DNA from: Tubulanus polymorphus
Lineage: Eukaryota; Animalia; Nemertea
NCBI RefSeq assembly: GCF_964204645.1
Contig: NC_134025.1
Coordinates: 16,467,101-16,531,100, forward strand
DNA: 64,000 nucleotides
Direction: 5' to 3'
A program made the position numbers and the translations under genes. The notes under the pieces were generated by a model. It had not been told where the DNA came from. It worked only from the letters and a program-made list of their open reading frames with translations, and did not search any database. Of the stretch, positions 38,031 through 52,553 are shown piece after piece (within the stretch, counting starts at the first letter, position 1; each line of letters opens with the position of its first letter).

Positions 38031-41000
38031 ATGGTAAACGGTAGGCTACCACCATGATATGATATCACCAATCAAGATAGATCATTTTATTCAATTTTAC
38101 CAGAGTTGTTTATTGGAGGAAAATATCATTGTTAAGTACGCCGAGAACAACCATGTTGTATCATCAATCAGTTGACTGACATTGTAAAATTCGATTCGGC
38201 TATATTCTAATATAAGTTTTCACTTTAGGACGCCCTACCCGCCTGCTGCGCACTCATAAGGCGGTAGCACCCTCTTACGCACTCGGCAGAGATTCGCTTT
38301 GTAATGCGCGCCGGGAAAAAATACCTTTTATTATCTTTTCCATGCGTTAAACAACAGTGATTGAATTTACGCGTTGTTTGTCGTAAATTGCAATATTGCG
38401 ATGGTTATGCTGTAGCGGCCTCGGTAGCTCATTGAGATAAGGCGTGATGATGTTGTAATGGGTCCAAAAATCGAATTTTTGCTAACAAATGAGGTTGTAA
38501 CTTTGACCCAAAGTCATGCAATCTACTATTTTTATGTGCAACATGTACCTTGATCATGCGGCTAAAATCTGTTGGAAATGGAATTTTGAATTTCGCGTTC
38601 ATTTTAGAGAAATCGACGAATTTGTGGCGATTTTTAAATAAATTCCAAGGAGCATTTTGTTTCATAAAACGTCCAGAAGGCCGTTGTACATGGTTAAATT
38701 GATGTAAAATAAATGCTGCCTGCAGTTAGCTGATCTCCCGCAGTCAATCAATGTAAGGCCATATTCGATAATACGACGCAGACAAACCGGTCTATTAATC
38801 TGCTCGAATATTGGTGTGCCATTTCTTAGGATTTACTTTCTCATTTCCCAGTCATTGGACAGTTTTATTATATGTTTATTTTAAATTTCATAGTCGTCGT
38901 ATTGTTTCCGTCTCCCTATTGTATTATGAAAAAACCGCAGATTCAATCGATCCGCTACATCGTCGTGGCGCGCACAATCGAATTGGCCCAGACCCGGTGC
39001 CGCGCGGAATGACATTAGATGGTTAGATTTTCTTTCGATTAAGCATCTATTTTATGCAGTAAGTAATTATTTATATCGTAGAGTGCTGATGATATAGTTT
39101 ACAGGATGAAGAAGTAAAGGTACACTGTCATAGACCGTAAAACTATCATAAATTGTGCCTTTACTCGCGCGATGTGTTTCAATTCAATTTATCCAGTCAA
39201 TCGCCGTGTGTACGGTGTAATTTACAGGGCTTTCAAAATACTCGTTCAAGCCGTCGGCCATCGCATCCGACTTTGAGTAAGAATTCTGCGACGGCTATGA
39301 AATATCTCGTCTGATATCAATGATGGTATGAAAGCTGTGATCAGTGGCTATTATATTTAAATGTAAGCCTACTGCAGTCAGTGTGCATCGCGTGAAAATT
39401 TGCCTCAGACATGTGGCCTAGTTTAAGTCTTCGGGAAATTGACTCCCTTCAAAACAACTGCCAATCATACTAGTGACTGCCTGTGTTTAAGGAGTAGTGT
39501 CTATTCGATGAATTGTCTCATTTTGAGCACAGATGCACAAGGTGAAAACTTTGTTTGGTGAACTCACAGAGACACTCGCAGAGACAATTAGTTTGGGTAG
39601 CCTAATAGCATCAATGTGCTCTTAAGCTGGCTGCTTAACCAATCAACAGTTACTAATTCCCATCACTGCGGTCAATTACACTAGCAAATCAATTAATTTG
39701 ATATTTTAAAAAATCAAAATATGCAATTTCATGTATACACTATTCCTAATTACTGGCTATTATCAGTATTATTGTGCTTTTTTAGATAGAGAATCTGATT
39801 TAAGCATGTCCATGAAATTTCAATAAATAAGTCTCCGTAACCTAAAGATAACTAGTTATGAGATAACTAAATATTGCTGTGAAAAAAGCACTGTGTCAGT
39901 GGTCGGGGAAAATTTTGCAACTGTTATTTCTTTGCCTGCAACTGGTATCTTTAAATCAAACTGGTGTGGTGGGTGCATAAAAGAATCAACCGAAATTTAC
40001 CAACCGAATAAATAATGGACAATCCCGATTCTAATATCAAAAGAACGGAAAACAGTGATACGGTTTGGGGTTGACAATCGTTTTGTTATCCGATTTGTAC
40101 CAGTGCACAATAAAATCATTTACAGGCTGCGTAATCGGCATTCACTATAGGTTTCACTTGTTCGTGTTTTTACAATTGTGACTAGGTTAAGCGTCCCTTG
40201 CCTGTTTTATGCGTCGACAATACTGCTTTCCATTTCCAATTTACTGTGGACCTCTTTCCACATGGCCGACTTATGACTTACTTTTGACACAGGAATTCTC
40301 CGTGTACACGAAAAATCAAAAACCGTTTGACATGATTTCATGAAATTGTTATGGTATGTGCATGTATGGCGGTATGGTGGGTAACTCTTTTGGGGAATCT
40401 ATGATTCAAGATGGCCGAATTATGACCTATTTTTGACACGTGTACGTGATAACTAAAAAATCGTTTGAGAAAATTTCATCAAATTTATATTAGATGTGTA
40501 TGATACTATGATGTAAAACCTTATTGTTTTGGGGACTTCTCCGATTCAAGATGGCTGACACCATTTTGACACAGGAACTTTCCGTATACACGATAACTCG
40601 AAAACCGTTTGGGATAAATTAATGACATTTTAATGGTATGTGTATGATAATATTAAAAGGAACTGTTTTGTTCGCGGAACTTCTCCAATTCAAGATGGCT
40701 GACTTATGACCTACTTTGAACTTATTATTGTTACCCTGTCTTCTGTACTTATTGTAGATGCTTCATCTGTTTCTACACTGCCCTGGGATTTTGTGATTAA
40801 AGCTGTGTGTATGAGCGTGCATTTTGACAAAACTATGTTTATTTTCTACTTGGGTCAATAGCACAGAAATCAGAAAGTTGTGTGCATGAACCGAGCATAG
40901 CAAACTCTGGTGCATGTGGCGAATAACTTTACTGCCATATTGCCAACAGTGATGTGTAAGCAACTACTTATTTACACTGTTCCTATATCATCTGTTCATT

Positions 41001-41857
41001 AGCCCCACAATTCATTCCACATCCCAATGGTCCCACATCTGATTAGTTCAACGTCTAAATGGTCCCTCAATTTTTTCATTTGACTTATTGCGCCCGAGAT
41101 ATAAAGATCCGTGGGTCTCTTGTTTGGAATTGAATCGAGCGGCCTCGGTAGCTCAGTGAGATAAGGCGTGATGCTGTTGAATCCACTATCAATGCTGAGT
41201 GACAAGTGGGTTCGAGTCCTGCTGGCTGCGAACAGTGTGCGGGCAACACTTCAAAGGCCGTACCGTCGTGAGGTTAAATGAAAAATCCAATAGGAATAGT
41301 CTTGGGAAACCAAGATCCAAACGACGTACGTAAAGCCAAACAAACAAAAAGACAAACAAACAATCATGAGCCGGCCTCAGTGACACCAACGCCGGCATCG
41401 CTCTCTGCGACGTTTTGCATGTGCACTTGCATCAGAGCTTGGAGCTCTAAGATCAGAGGGTCTTGCAATTGCATTCAGAAAAATCGTTCTGTTTTTGTTT
41501 TCATTATTCAGTGGGGCCTAACAGTTCATGCGTAAAAATGGGTTTTTGTATCCAAATCTTGATTGATATAAATATCTTGGCTGGGACATGATGAAAAACA
41601 TCAGAATAAACTAGTTTCGTCTTTTTAACAGAATCACATTAATGAGGTTTAACAGTACAAATAGCCTAGGCTAAATCGTTCGGCAGAAAATAAATTCATT
41701 TTCAGGAATAAAATCGTACTAGACAAATAGACCTTTAAGTCTGTGGTCCTCCCAATCAACATCGTCATAGAAGATTTGCCGGCAGATGTAAAACATTATA
41801 ACCACTTAATACCACAGTATAATCTCCCAATGCTTCAAGGCCCATGGGCCTCTTGTT
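38031..41857 (+). mobile_element. HINE family A, copy 3 (38031-38455 + 41123-41857), split by a ~2.7-kb insertion; orphan 5' end at ~30638-30672
   Basis: Near identity to copies 1 and 2. 3' end CCAATGCTTCAAGGCCCATGGGCCTCTTGTT. tRNA-like cassette at 41139-41230. Confidence 0.85.
40230..41122 (+). mobile_element. HINE-like element 3' part with a ~140-bp satellite array
   Basis: About 4 tandem units with CAAGATGGC(C/T)GA..TTTTGACAC. 3' dyad AGATCCGTGGGTCT followed by CTTGTTT. Confidence 0.65.
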
Positions 41858-42778
41858 AATGAATTGTTATTTCTCGTGGCCATAAATTACTAAGCAGCAA
41901 ATTATTCATGCTTGGTGTATAACCTAGTGTTAAAATCCAGGGTTTCAAATGATCCGCTGATATTATAATAATAGTGACATGATAATTAATTACTAAGTGA
42001 GTGAGTAGATATGTAATTAATTAAGGAACAACAAAATGAAATAAATCAAAGAGAAATGAATCAAAGTAAAAATATATGGAAGTAAAATAAATAGTGGGTG
42101 ATATGGGTGTACAAATACCATTAATGATAGTCTGAGGATAAGTCTAGACGTATTATATTTTATATATCTGGATCTTTATTATAACTGGACTTATTCCTCG
42201 GATACTTTCTTTAAAATTTGCAAAATTGGGGTCCAATATTCAACCCCCAAAGAGCCCAAACAGTGAATTGCAGAAAGAATGTGCCATTGACTTTTAGCCT
42301 TCAGGCGGTTGTAAACAACTTTTGTCCTTGCACAGATCTGAAAACCGAAGATAAAAACTTCCTCGCACAATACTTTTTGATGTCAGAATTTTCTAAAGTG
42401 AAACACCTCTTGTGGCAGATCGAAACACGCCTCAATTCCTCATAATGACCTACAGTTCAGTCTGGGGAAATATATGATGTTTACAGTCCTTTATAACGTT
42501 AATTTATCAAAATATAGATGAGTATTTGTAGATCTGAGTGGTCTTAAGGATATTTGATTGATTTTATCGTACATTGTAGTAAGGTAAGAATGATAAGAGT
42601 AATAATCTGCTTTTGATGAAAGAGTGGAATGAAAAGGACAATAAAAATGTCTAAGGACTTACAATAAGATTTTTAGCCAAGTCAGAAAACCCGAATGACA
42701 AAATGCTTGTTTTGTCGAGTGTTGGAACTCTTCATGGAAAGTTTATCTTTATTAAAGCGACTGGTCTCTCTGTTTCAG

Positions 42779-42889
42779 ATCACTGTGACAACAATAGGTT
42801 ATGGCGATACTGTACCTCAAACTTGGATGGGAAAAATTGTGGCCTCCTGCTTTTCGGTTTTTGCTATTTCCTTTTTTGCACTTCCTGCT
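42779..42889 (+). CDS. KCNQ1: KCNQ1-type exon (selectivity filter, S6; human exon 7 equivalent)
   Basis: 111 bp. Translates [37 protein letters not shown]. Confidence 0.98.
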
Positions 42890-42972
42890 GTAAGTATTAA
42901 GCATAAACATAATAGGAGTGTAGTAGTTCATGTGGAAAATGTTTATTTGCTGTTTATGTATTCACTTTTTAG

Positions 42973-43092
<120 letters not shown>

Positions 43093-43559
43093 TGAATTTT
43101 CAATGATCCATGTTGGTCTGATCGGAATTTATTAAGTTGAATGTATTTTGATGTATGGCATCATATCTGTGACGCACTTCAAGACTGCTTTTAATTGACT
43201 ACGACCAATTCACAGTGAATACCTACGCGCACACACATTACCATATTTGTATGCAGCTGATTTTCACATTTATTTACTATGTTACATGCCATTTAAGTAC
43301 AACCTTCATTTTTACTTACATAGATACAAAACATAGAACAAGTTTTATGATACAATTAGAAAGCCTCAAAAAATATAATGTTTGTAATTCTCAAGTGACA
43401 GGAAGTGCGTATGGTTACAGTATTTAATTGCTTGGAGTACGGATTTTTTGACGGCAATGGCAAAAAAGTAAAATGATTTTTAATAACAGTCATTTTGAAA
43501 TGGATGGTAATAGCAAACTCTTCAAAATAAATTTTAATGCCACCAGCTCAACTTGTTGA

Positions 43560-44150
43560 GAGGGCATATAGATTCACCTGTGTCTGAATATCTGCCGCCA
43601 CAGCAAATGATGTTGCTGCAAATTGTCGACCGTTTTTTTCAAACTAGGTTCACAAGTAGGGCATGAATGGGCTGAACCCTATAAAGAATTGGGCCGATAT
43701 GATACGATTCAAATCTATTGTGTACCATTTATCTGCAATGCATGCATACATCTGAAACACTTTTTTGCTGCATTTTTCTCATTGACGTTTAGGCTAATTT
43801 ATGAAACTCGGTACACTTGTTTAGGACGTGGTCCTATAGGTTGCTGTCGAAGGAACTGATACTCAGTCAGGGGTTGCCACCTGGTAGCACTTAATGAATA
43901 TTTTTTGTCGTATTTTTCTTAGGAAACGTTCAGGATTATTTCATGAAACTTGGTTAACATGTTCAGGGCATGGCCACATAGGTTGCTTTTGAAGGAAAAC
44001 AATAATATGTCTTGGGGTGCCACCAAGGGGCACAGCAAAAAATCAATTGTGGCATAGTTCTCACTAACTGTTTAAGAATGAAACTAGGTTTCGTGAAAGT
44101 AGGTGTACTTGAAAGACTGAGCTCAAGGACATGCCTATCCCACTTTTGAG
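43560..44150. repeat. Diverged satellite-like units (TTCATGAAACTTGG motif), HINE-type central repeats
   Basis: Recurrent GAAACT(A/C/T)GGT and GCCACC..GG motifs at ~140-170-bp spacing. Confidence 0.5.
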
Positions 44151-44157
44151 CTAAAAG

Positions 44158-47100
44158 TGTCGGGGATTTGTGTAAGGGTTAATTACAGCTAGGGGGTTAA
44201 CGTTCTGTTTGGCTGGTCAGTGTACAGGTGGATGCACGCTGGCTATTGGTCAGTTGTGACAATTGGGTCAGGGGCTTGGTAAGTCTTTATATCAATGTAT
44301 TATAGAGTATAAGTTTAGTTGGCAAATAAAGTGTGTGGAGATCACACAGACATATATATTGAACCACGTCTTGACTTCTCATAGATTTACCCACATGCTT
44401 TTTGGTCCCTCGGAGCGCGGAGATGTGAGTCCATACTCAAACCTTGGATTTATGACTTTATACTTTAACTTTATGTTCATACGCAAAACCTGGATATAAG
44501 GTGTTTTATCCACAGGGGCTCGTTACGATAGCTGGGGGTCCAAAATCAAAGATTTGACCCAGTATCCTAGGTACCACCTATAAAAAAAGAAAAGGGAGCT
44601 AACATTTTGACATACAAGAATTGACCTTCTCATTTCAACCCCTCATAACTTCGTAACCGATCGACCGATTTACACGAAATTAGATTCGTTTCATTCCCAA
44701 GAGGTGACTTTTTCGTTTGAGACCTTCCCCGATGAAATCGGACCGGAGACGCCCGAGAAATCACGACTCAAATCCGAAAAAACGGGTCAAAATATCCAAA
44801 GCCGGAATTACTAGGACGGCTTGAAGTGCTCAATTTCGGACGAAAAACGATGATTTGACGCGGTTCCCGGACGTTAATCTTCACATATCATACATTGCTG
44901 GAAAGCTTATGAACTGACCTTATTGACAGACGCGTTTATTTGATAATCCGTTCCGATACCCGCGACTGGCGAGCTGATAATCCAGATTGATTATTCCGGC
45001 CGCCATTAACTGCGTGACGTCATGAGAAATCCCAGCATGCAACGCTAGATAATTGACATATTCAGTCGACCAATCACGTATCGCGAATTTATCAGTCCTC
45101 AGAGCCCGTGACGTCACACTCTCAATGGCGGTTCAGTGACGCTTAAAGTGCGTATTTATCGGTTCGGTGCGTATTATCACCTCGCTTGTCGCCGGTTTCG
45201 GAACGGATTATCAAATAAACGCATTTTTCAATAAGGTCAGTTCATAAGCTTTCCAGCGATGTATGATATGTGAAGATCAACGTCCGGGAACCGCGTCAAC
45301 TCATCGTTTTTCGTCGTGAATCGACTACTCCGAGACGTCCTAGTAATTCCGGCTTTGGCTATTTTGACTCGTTTTTTCGGATTTGAGTCGTGATTTCTCG
45401 GGTGTCTCTTATCCGATTTTGTCGCGGAAGGTCTCAAACGAAAAAGTAACCTCTTAGGAATGAAACGAAACCAATTTCGAGCGAATCGGTCGATGGGTTA
45501 CGAAGTTATGAGCGATTGAAATGAGAAGGTCAATTCTAGTATGTCAAAATGTAAGCTCCCTTTTCTTTTTTTATAGGTGGTACCTAGGATACTGGGTCAA
45601 ATCTTTGATTTTGGACCCCCAGCTATCGTAACGAGCCCCTGTGGTTTTATCGTATTTCGTCGAGATGTCTGAAAAGAGGTTAACGAGACGACGTGGAGGC
45701 CATTATGCGGCCGCAGGTAAACTAATTAAAGAGGTGGATGCGATTATTGTGACTCAAACCATTCAAAGACCGGATTTATTGCGTTTAGAAAGAATTAGTT
45801 CGAGTTTAAATGATCAATTGGATTATATCGCAGTATTGGACTTGGAGATTTTGGACGTTATCGACGATGATGCGGCATATGAAACCAGTTTTTCAACGTA
45901 TTCAGACAAACTACTTAAACTTCGAGACAAGCACCTTACTTACGGTCAATATGTTTCTGGAAAAACTGCGAAACCGGTGCCACCTACTCCTGGTGATAAA
46001 TCAAAAGTGCGATTACCTCACTTGTCTTTACCCAAATTCAGTGGGAAAATTCTAGAATGGGAACAGTTCTGGGACGGTTTTAAGGCTGCGGTGCATGATG
46101 TTTCGGAAACTCTTATACCTGGGGTGCAGAAATTTCAGCATTTGCGTAATCAATAAGAAGGTGATGCTAAGAACTGTATTGCGGGTTTATCGTTAACCGC
46201 CGCTAATTATACTGCGGCGATAGTACTGTTAAAAGATCGTTATGGTCAAATTCATAAGATCATATCTGCTCATCTGAAAGAATTAGTGGACTTACAAGCT
46301 CCTGCTGATTCACCATCGAGTTTCCGGACATTTCGTGACTCTATAGAGTCTCATATAAGGTCGTTAGACGCACTTGGTAAAAGTTCTGATTCTTATGGCG
46401 ATATGTTATCATCTGTAATTCTGCATAAGTTACCGAGATCCGTTAGAAGAAATTTAATTCGTTCTCGCAGAAATAAAGAGTTATCGTTACAGCAATTGCG
46501 TGATTTTATGTCGGAGGAACTGGAAATTATGAATGCGGGATTAGATTACACTGTAGATGACTCTAGTGAACTTACGGATATTTCTAGTTTACCGGTTTTC
46601 GACAATAATCAACAAAACAGCAGTAATAAGTCTACGAAGAATCTCAAATGTGGATTATGCGATAAACAACATAAAGTTACCGACTGTAATCTAAACGGGA
46701 AAGCTAAACTAGCAGCAGTTCGTTGGCGGAATTTATGTTTTAACTGTCTTAAAACTGGACATCGTTCGTTTAACTGTAAGTCGACTTTTCTTTGTCGGAA
46801 GTGTAATAAGCGACATCATTCAGCTCTGTGCGACTCGTTTATAGAAAAGGTAAATTCTTCAATTAACAACGTTAGCCAGTCTAATAAGAGTAATGATTCG
46901 ACATCTAATAGCGTACCGAGGGTCGGACTCGGATCACCTCAGCCTACTGATAGTGGACAACCAGAGATTCAGTCATTAAAAGTTGATTTACCGGTGAAGG
47001 ATGTTAGTCAAAACTTTTCGAGTATTAATAAGTCATCGTGTAGTAATGTTCTACTTAAAACTGCGCTAGCTCCGGTCAGTAATGGAAGTGATAATTCGTT

Positions 47101-50100
47101 TTCTCATAATGCGAATATTATGCTGGATGATGGATCTCAGTGTACTTTCATTATGACACAGTTGGCCGCTCAGTTAAAATTATCGCCTATAGGGAAAGAA
47201 AATCTGAACGTTTCTACATTCGGTACACGGATTATGTTTCGAGAGAGTGTGATTTAGTTTAATTACATTTACATTGTGTAGATAAATCGTATTTATCTAT
47301 TCGTGCATTGGTTGTTCCGCATATAACCAATCCAGTGTTCGTGGCTGACCGTACGAATATTAACAATATACAGTCACATGGATTAAAGTTAGCTCATCCG
47401 TTGACAGAACCTGTGGGTCGATTCGATATATTGCTTTTGATTGGTGCAGACCAGTATTATGACATTGTGACCGATGAAGTTATTCGATTTGACGACTGTA
47501 ACACTGTCGCAGTGGGTTCGAAAGTCGGATTTATATTAGCTGGACCAATATGTTCGTCTACGTGGGATTCTACGCCGTCAGTTATGATTGTGAACACTGA
47601 GAATCAATTACTTGAAAGTTTCTGGTCGTTGGAGAATATTGGAATACACGATAAAATCTGTCCGAACAAGGATGTTCTATCAGATTATGTTGATACAGGT
47701 ATTCAACTGCGCGATGGGAAATATTATGCGAAATTCCCATGGAAGGATTCTCATCCGGAACTTCCTACTAATCGTTTCATTGCTGAGAAACTTACTCGTA
47801 GTACCGTTCGTAGACTTGGTAAGAAACCCGATTTATTAGCGAAATATCACGAAATTATGATGGATCAGTTGTCTCGGGATTTTATAGAACTTGTTGACTT
47901 GGATAAGCCGGTATCTGATAAAGAGCATTATATAGCACACCATTGCGTATTCAGAGATAGTGCTACTACGCCCATACGAGTAGTTTTTAACTGTTCTAGC
48001 CGTTCTGGGAAAGACAAACCGTGTCTTAATGACTGCTTGGAGTCCGGGCCTCCGTTGTTGAATAATATTACGTCGATTTTACTCTGTTTTCGTACCGGTT
48101 ACTATGGATTTACTTCGGATATCGAAAAGGCGTTCCTTAATATAGCTTTAGAAGAAGAGGATAGAGATTCGACACGCTTCTCTGGTTGAGTGACCCTACT
48201 GATGTAGAAAGTGACTTTGTCGTGTATCGTTTTAAGTCTGTGTTATTCGGTGCGTCGAGCTCGCCTTTTATTTTAAATGCGACCCTGCTGAAACACTTAA
48301 GTTTACAGAATGCTGATAACGCAACCGTGCGTGACGATATTAAAGAGTCGTTATATGTGGATAACGTTATATCAGAAGCAGATACTATCAGTGAATCGAT
48401 TGAACATTATAAAGCTTCGAGAAGTATTATGTCTGATGGTGGATTCAATATTCGTTCGTGGTCATCTAATTGCGATGACGTCACTAGATTAGCTGACTCT
48501 GATGGAGTATTAGAAAAGAGTACTGAAGTCATTGTTCTCTGCCTTCGATGGAATACCGTTAGTGACATGTTGTCATTGAATGGAAAAACTGTGCTACAAG
48601 ACTCTCAAGATCTAGTTACGAAACGGAATATTCTTCATTCGTCTGCAACTATGTACGATCCGCTTGGATTTCTATGACCGTTACTTATCACCGCTAAGAC
48701 TTTGTTACAAGACATTTGGCGAAAAGGTTATGATTGGGATGATAAGTTACCGCCCGATTTTGAAGATGGCTGGAACAAGATTAAGTCAGATATTCAAAGC
48801 GCATCTTTGGTAATATCGAGGAGATATTTTGATCGACCTATTGACTCTGAGTGTACGATTCATGTTTTCGGCGATTCTTCGCAAACGTCTTATGGAGCTG
48901 TGGCGTATATAGTGAATAACAATGATCTGTCGTTTCTGATGTCTTAATCGAAAGTTGCTTCAGTCAAGCCGATAACTATTCCAAGACTGGAACTGTTAGC
49001 ATCGCTAGTTACTGCAAGATAAGCCGATCATTTAATGTTGAGTTTAAAATCGAGGATTCCGAGATTGAATTGCGTATTATGGTCTGACAATCAGGCTGTT
49101 CTCACGTGGATCATGTCGCCTCATAATATGAAATTGGATAGATTTGTTTCGAATCGTATCGCGGAGATTAAACGTTTGACTGGTAATTTTCAATGGAGAT
49201 ATTGCCCGTCGAGAGATAACCCCGCTGACATTGTATCACGAGGATCGAATCTACGATGTTTGCTGGATTCGAAGCTGTGGTGGCATGGACCGGAATGGCT
49301 ACCTAATGAAGAACTTTGGCCTAAGTGGACAATATCAAACAATAGTCGGGATAGTTGTGAAATTCCCAGTACTGAAGATTGTTTTCTGAGTACAAATAGT
49401 GTGGTATCGATACCCGAGTCTGGATTATCTGTTGTTATAGATATGAGTCGATACTCATCACTAAATAGACTTAAGCGTATTACAGCTTGGATATATCGTT
49501 TTATTAACAACATTAAGGATAAAACTAACCGTAAAACTGGAGGTTTGACAGCTCGTGAGCTTAAATTCGTGGAACTTCAGTGGATGAAAGACAGTCAGAG
49601 AGCTTCATATAGTACTGTTTTATCAGATTTAGTAAATGGTCGTAAGTCTAAACAACAGATAGTTGGACAACTACAGTTAAGACTAGATGATAATTCGTAA
49701 ATTCGTGTTGGCGGTCGTATTGATAACTCTACTATGGCTGATTCGGCTAAGTTTCCGATTCTGTTGCCAAAGACTCATTTCACGGAGTTATACGTTTGAG
49801 CTAATCATATAGATTGTGTGGAACATTTAGCTACAAATTCCACTATAGCTGCTATACGACAGAATGTTTGGATTACGCAGATTTGTCCGTTTGTGAAGAG
49901 ACTTCTTAAGAACTGTTTACCGTGTAGAAAAAAAAACGCTTGCTGTTTTGGTGCGCCAGAAACTCCTCCTTTGCCATGGTTTCGAGTAAAAGACCAGTTA
50001 CCATTTGAGACTACGGGTGTTGATCTAACTGGTCATTTTAACGTTAAAAATCAAGCTGGAGTTATTAAGTGTTATATATGTCTTTTCACGTGCGCCGTGA

Positions 50101-51384
50101 CCAGAGGAGTTCACTTAGAGTTAGTTATGGATAATAGCACCGAATCGTTTATTCGTGCTTTACTAGATTTGCTGGTAGAAGATCACAGCCTTCTCTGATA
50201 TTATCAGATAACGCAACTAATTTTGTTGGTGCTAGCAAGGAGCTAGATGATTTATTTAAAACTGAATTATTACAGGATTACTTATCAACGAAAGGAATAA
50301 TTTGGAAAAGAATTCCTAAAAAATCCCCATGGTTCGGCGGATTTTGGGAAAGACTTATAGGTGTTACTAAATCGTGTTTAAAAAAGGTCATGGGACGTTC
50401 TTTAGTTACTTATGATGAGTTTATGACATTATTAGTCGAGATAGAAGCCGCTATCAACGATAGACTGTTAACGTCTGTATCAGATGACATTAATGACTTT
50501 GAGCCTATCACTCCGTCTGCGCTTATGATGGGTCGTCGTATTACATCGTTACCGGAACCGTTCGTTAGAGATGATCAGGTTACAGATCCTGATTATGAAC
50601 CGACTCCTGGATTATTATCTAAACGTGCGTCTAAACTTGCCTTGTTGTTAAAGCATTTTTGGATACGTTGGAAGACTGAATATCTAACGTTGTTACGGGA
50701 ATACTATTCTAAAACTAGTAAATCGGGAAATGTGATTAAAATCGGCAGTGTTATTCTCATACACGATTCTGATCAACCGAGGATTAAATGGAAATTGGTG
50801 TTAGTTACTAACTTGTTGCCCGGGAGAGACGGATTAGTTCGTGTTGCTAACCTCAAAACAGCTAATGGTCATACGAACAGACCGGTTACTAGACTCGTAC
50901 CGCTTGAAATAAACGCAGATCCTGACTTTGCTCATTCGTGTGAGTCGAAAGATGATAATAATGTTGTAAATAGTGATAACGAAACTGGACTTGCAGTTAG
51001 ACCAACGAGAAAAGCTGCTATTGAAGCTAAAACTAGAATTAGTGAAAAACTTAAGATGGACTAGCTGTTCAGTAAAATTGAGTTGTGGATTAAAACTTTC
51101 ATTATCTTTATATGTGTGTTTAAGTTAACATTTTCTCCCCGGGGGATGTCGGGGATTTGTGTAAGGGTTAATTACAGCTAGGGGGTTAACGTTCTGTTTG
51201 GCTGGTCAGTGTACAGGTGGATGCACGCTGGCTATTGGTCAGTTGTAACAATTGGGTCAGGGGCTTGGTCAGTCTTAATATCAATGTATTATAGAGTATA
51301 AGTTTAGTTGGCAAATAAAGTGTGTGGAGATCACACAGACATTTATATTGAACCACGTCTTGACTTCTCATAGATTTACCCACA
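44158..51384 (+). mobile_element. Full-length BEL/Pao LTR retrotransposon (decayed ORF)
   Basis: 238-bp TG..CA LTRs at 44158-44395 and 51147-51384 with about 4 differences. TSD AAAAG. PBS-like TGGTCCCTCG. Gag with Cys-His knuckles, protease (MLDDGSQ), RT (DIEKAF, YVDN), RNase H (HVFGDSS) and integrase (GVDLTG, SDNATNF, PWFGGFWE). Several stops and frameshifts. Confidence 0.97.
44511..45643. mobile_element. Foldback-type DNA element with ~465-bp TIRs and 8-bp TSD (P/Galileo- or hAT-like)
   Basis: Starts CACAGGGGCTCGTTACGATAGCTGGGGGTCC... and ends with the exact inverse. TSD GTTTTATC at 44503-44510 and 45644-45651. Confidence 0.92.
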
Positions 51385-52021
51385 AAAAGTCTACTTTTTG
51401 GTTTACCTTTGTCAGCGATATGAAGTTGCCATTGATCCACTTCATGTTAAAAGGCGGTACGTTTTTTTATGTGAGCTTATGTTTTATTGGTGCTCGGCCG
51501 AAACGACGTATTATCGATGCGATTGAAGACATGGCGAACCTCCGTCGATGACATGGTCAACTTTGGTAATATTCTACGAAAAACTGTTTTTGGTGGGAAA
51601 ATTCTTAGCTCTTGGGTATAAAATTGCAATGACCTTGATTTGGGGGCGTCGTCTCTATGAGCGAATGTGATTGGCTGTTTCTGGGATATACGGGGAATTC
51701 CGGCCCTACTAAAATAACCATGGGAAACTATAAATGGCGAACGTTTGATTGGACTAGGTGCCGTAAACGTGCGAATCCCAAATGTTCATTGCTGGTGAGA
51801 ATATAATTATTTCACATATCTGCCATAGGTATCGTTTCATTTTAATCCCCGGGATTGTTTTGATTGTCATTGAAGTGTAAGAGAACATTCACTTACAGAT
51901 AAGGCCTCTAAGTACATTAGACTGTTACATACACACTTTTACAGTATATTTTACAATGTAGCTATTGAAACTGTAACACTGCTTGCTGGCCCGTGCACGT
52001 TTGACATGAAAATACACTTTA

Positions 52022-52553
52022 GGCCATCCCAAAATAATTGTCTGTTTGCCGTAACTCCGACTCAAGTTTTCAGGATGAGTCAGTAGGTAGGTAGAAATTT
52101 TTTTTGCACAATATTTGGGCCAAAAAAAATTAATCACCTTTTCTCACATGGAAACAATATCACAAATCTGCCTTGTGCACGGGAAATTTGTGTTTAGCCT
52201 AGATTTCAAGAATAATTCTAAAATTGTAACTTCGTCCAGAGCGTCATCTCTGTGTCCAAAATAAAATAGTACATTGAATATATGTGCGCTACATAACCAG
52301 CTTAAATGTAGTCTCTTAGACTGAGTGGCAGCTTATTGGAACACTGCCAGTTTCCTGAAAAACTTTAACTAGGCCACACGTCAAGGCATTTTTCACACTT
52401 CAAACATACGTAGCTCTTACATCGGCAGTGGGTGGGCCGTTTTTATAAAAAATAAAATTTATTTCAATGAATCCCAGAAAAAAGTTTTCACTTGGCACCT
52501 TTGAAGTCGGGTCGGTCGGGTTACGGCAAACAGACCATTATTTTGGGATGGCC
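52022..52553. mobile_element. MITE (PIF/Harbinger-like)
   Basis: ~35-bp TIR GGCCATCCCAAAATAAT(T/G)GTCTGTTTGCCGTAAC. Flanks TTA / TCA. Confidence 0.8.
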
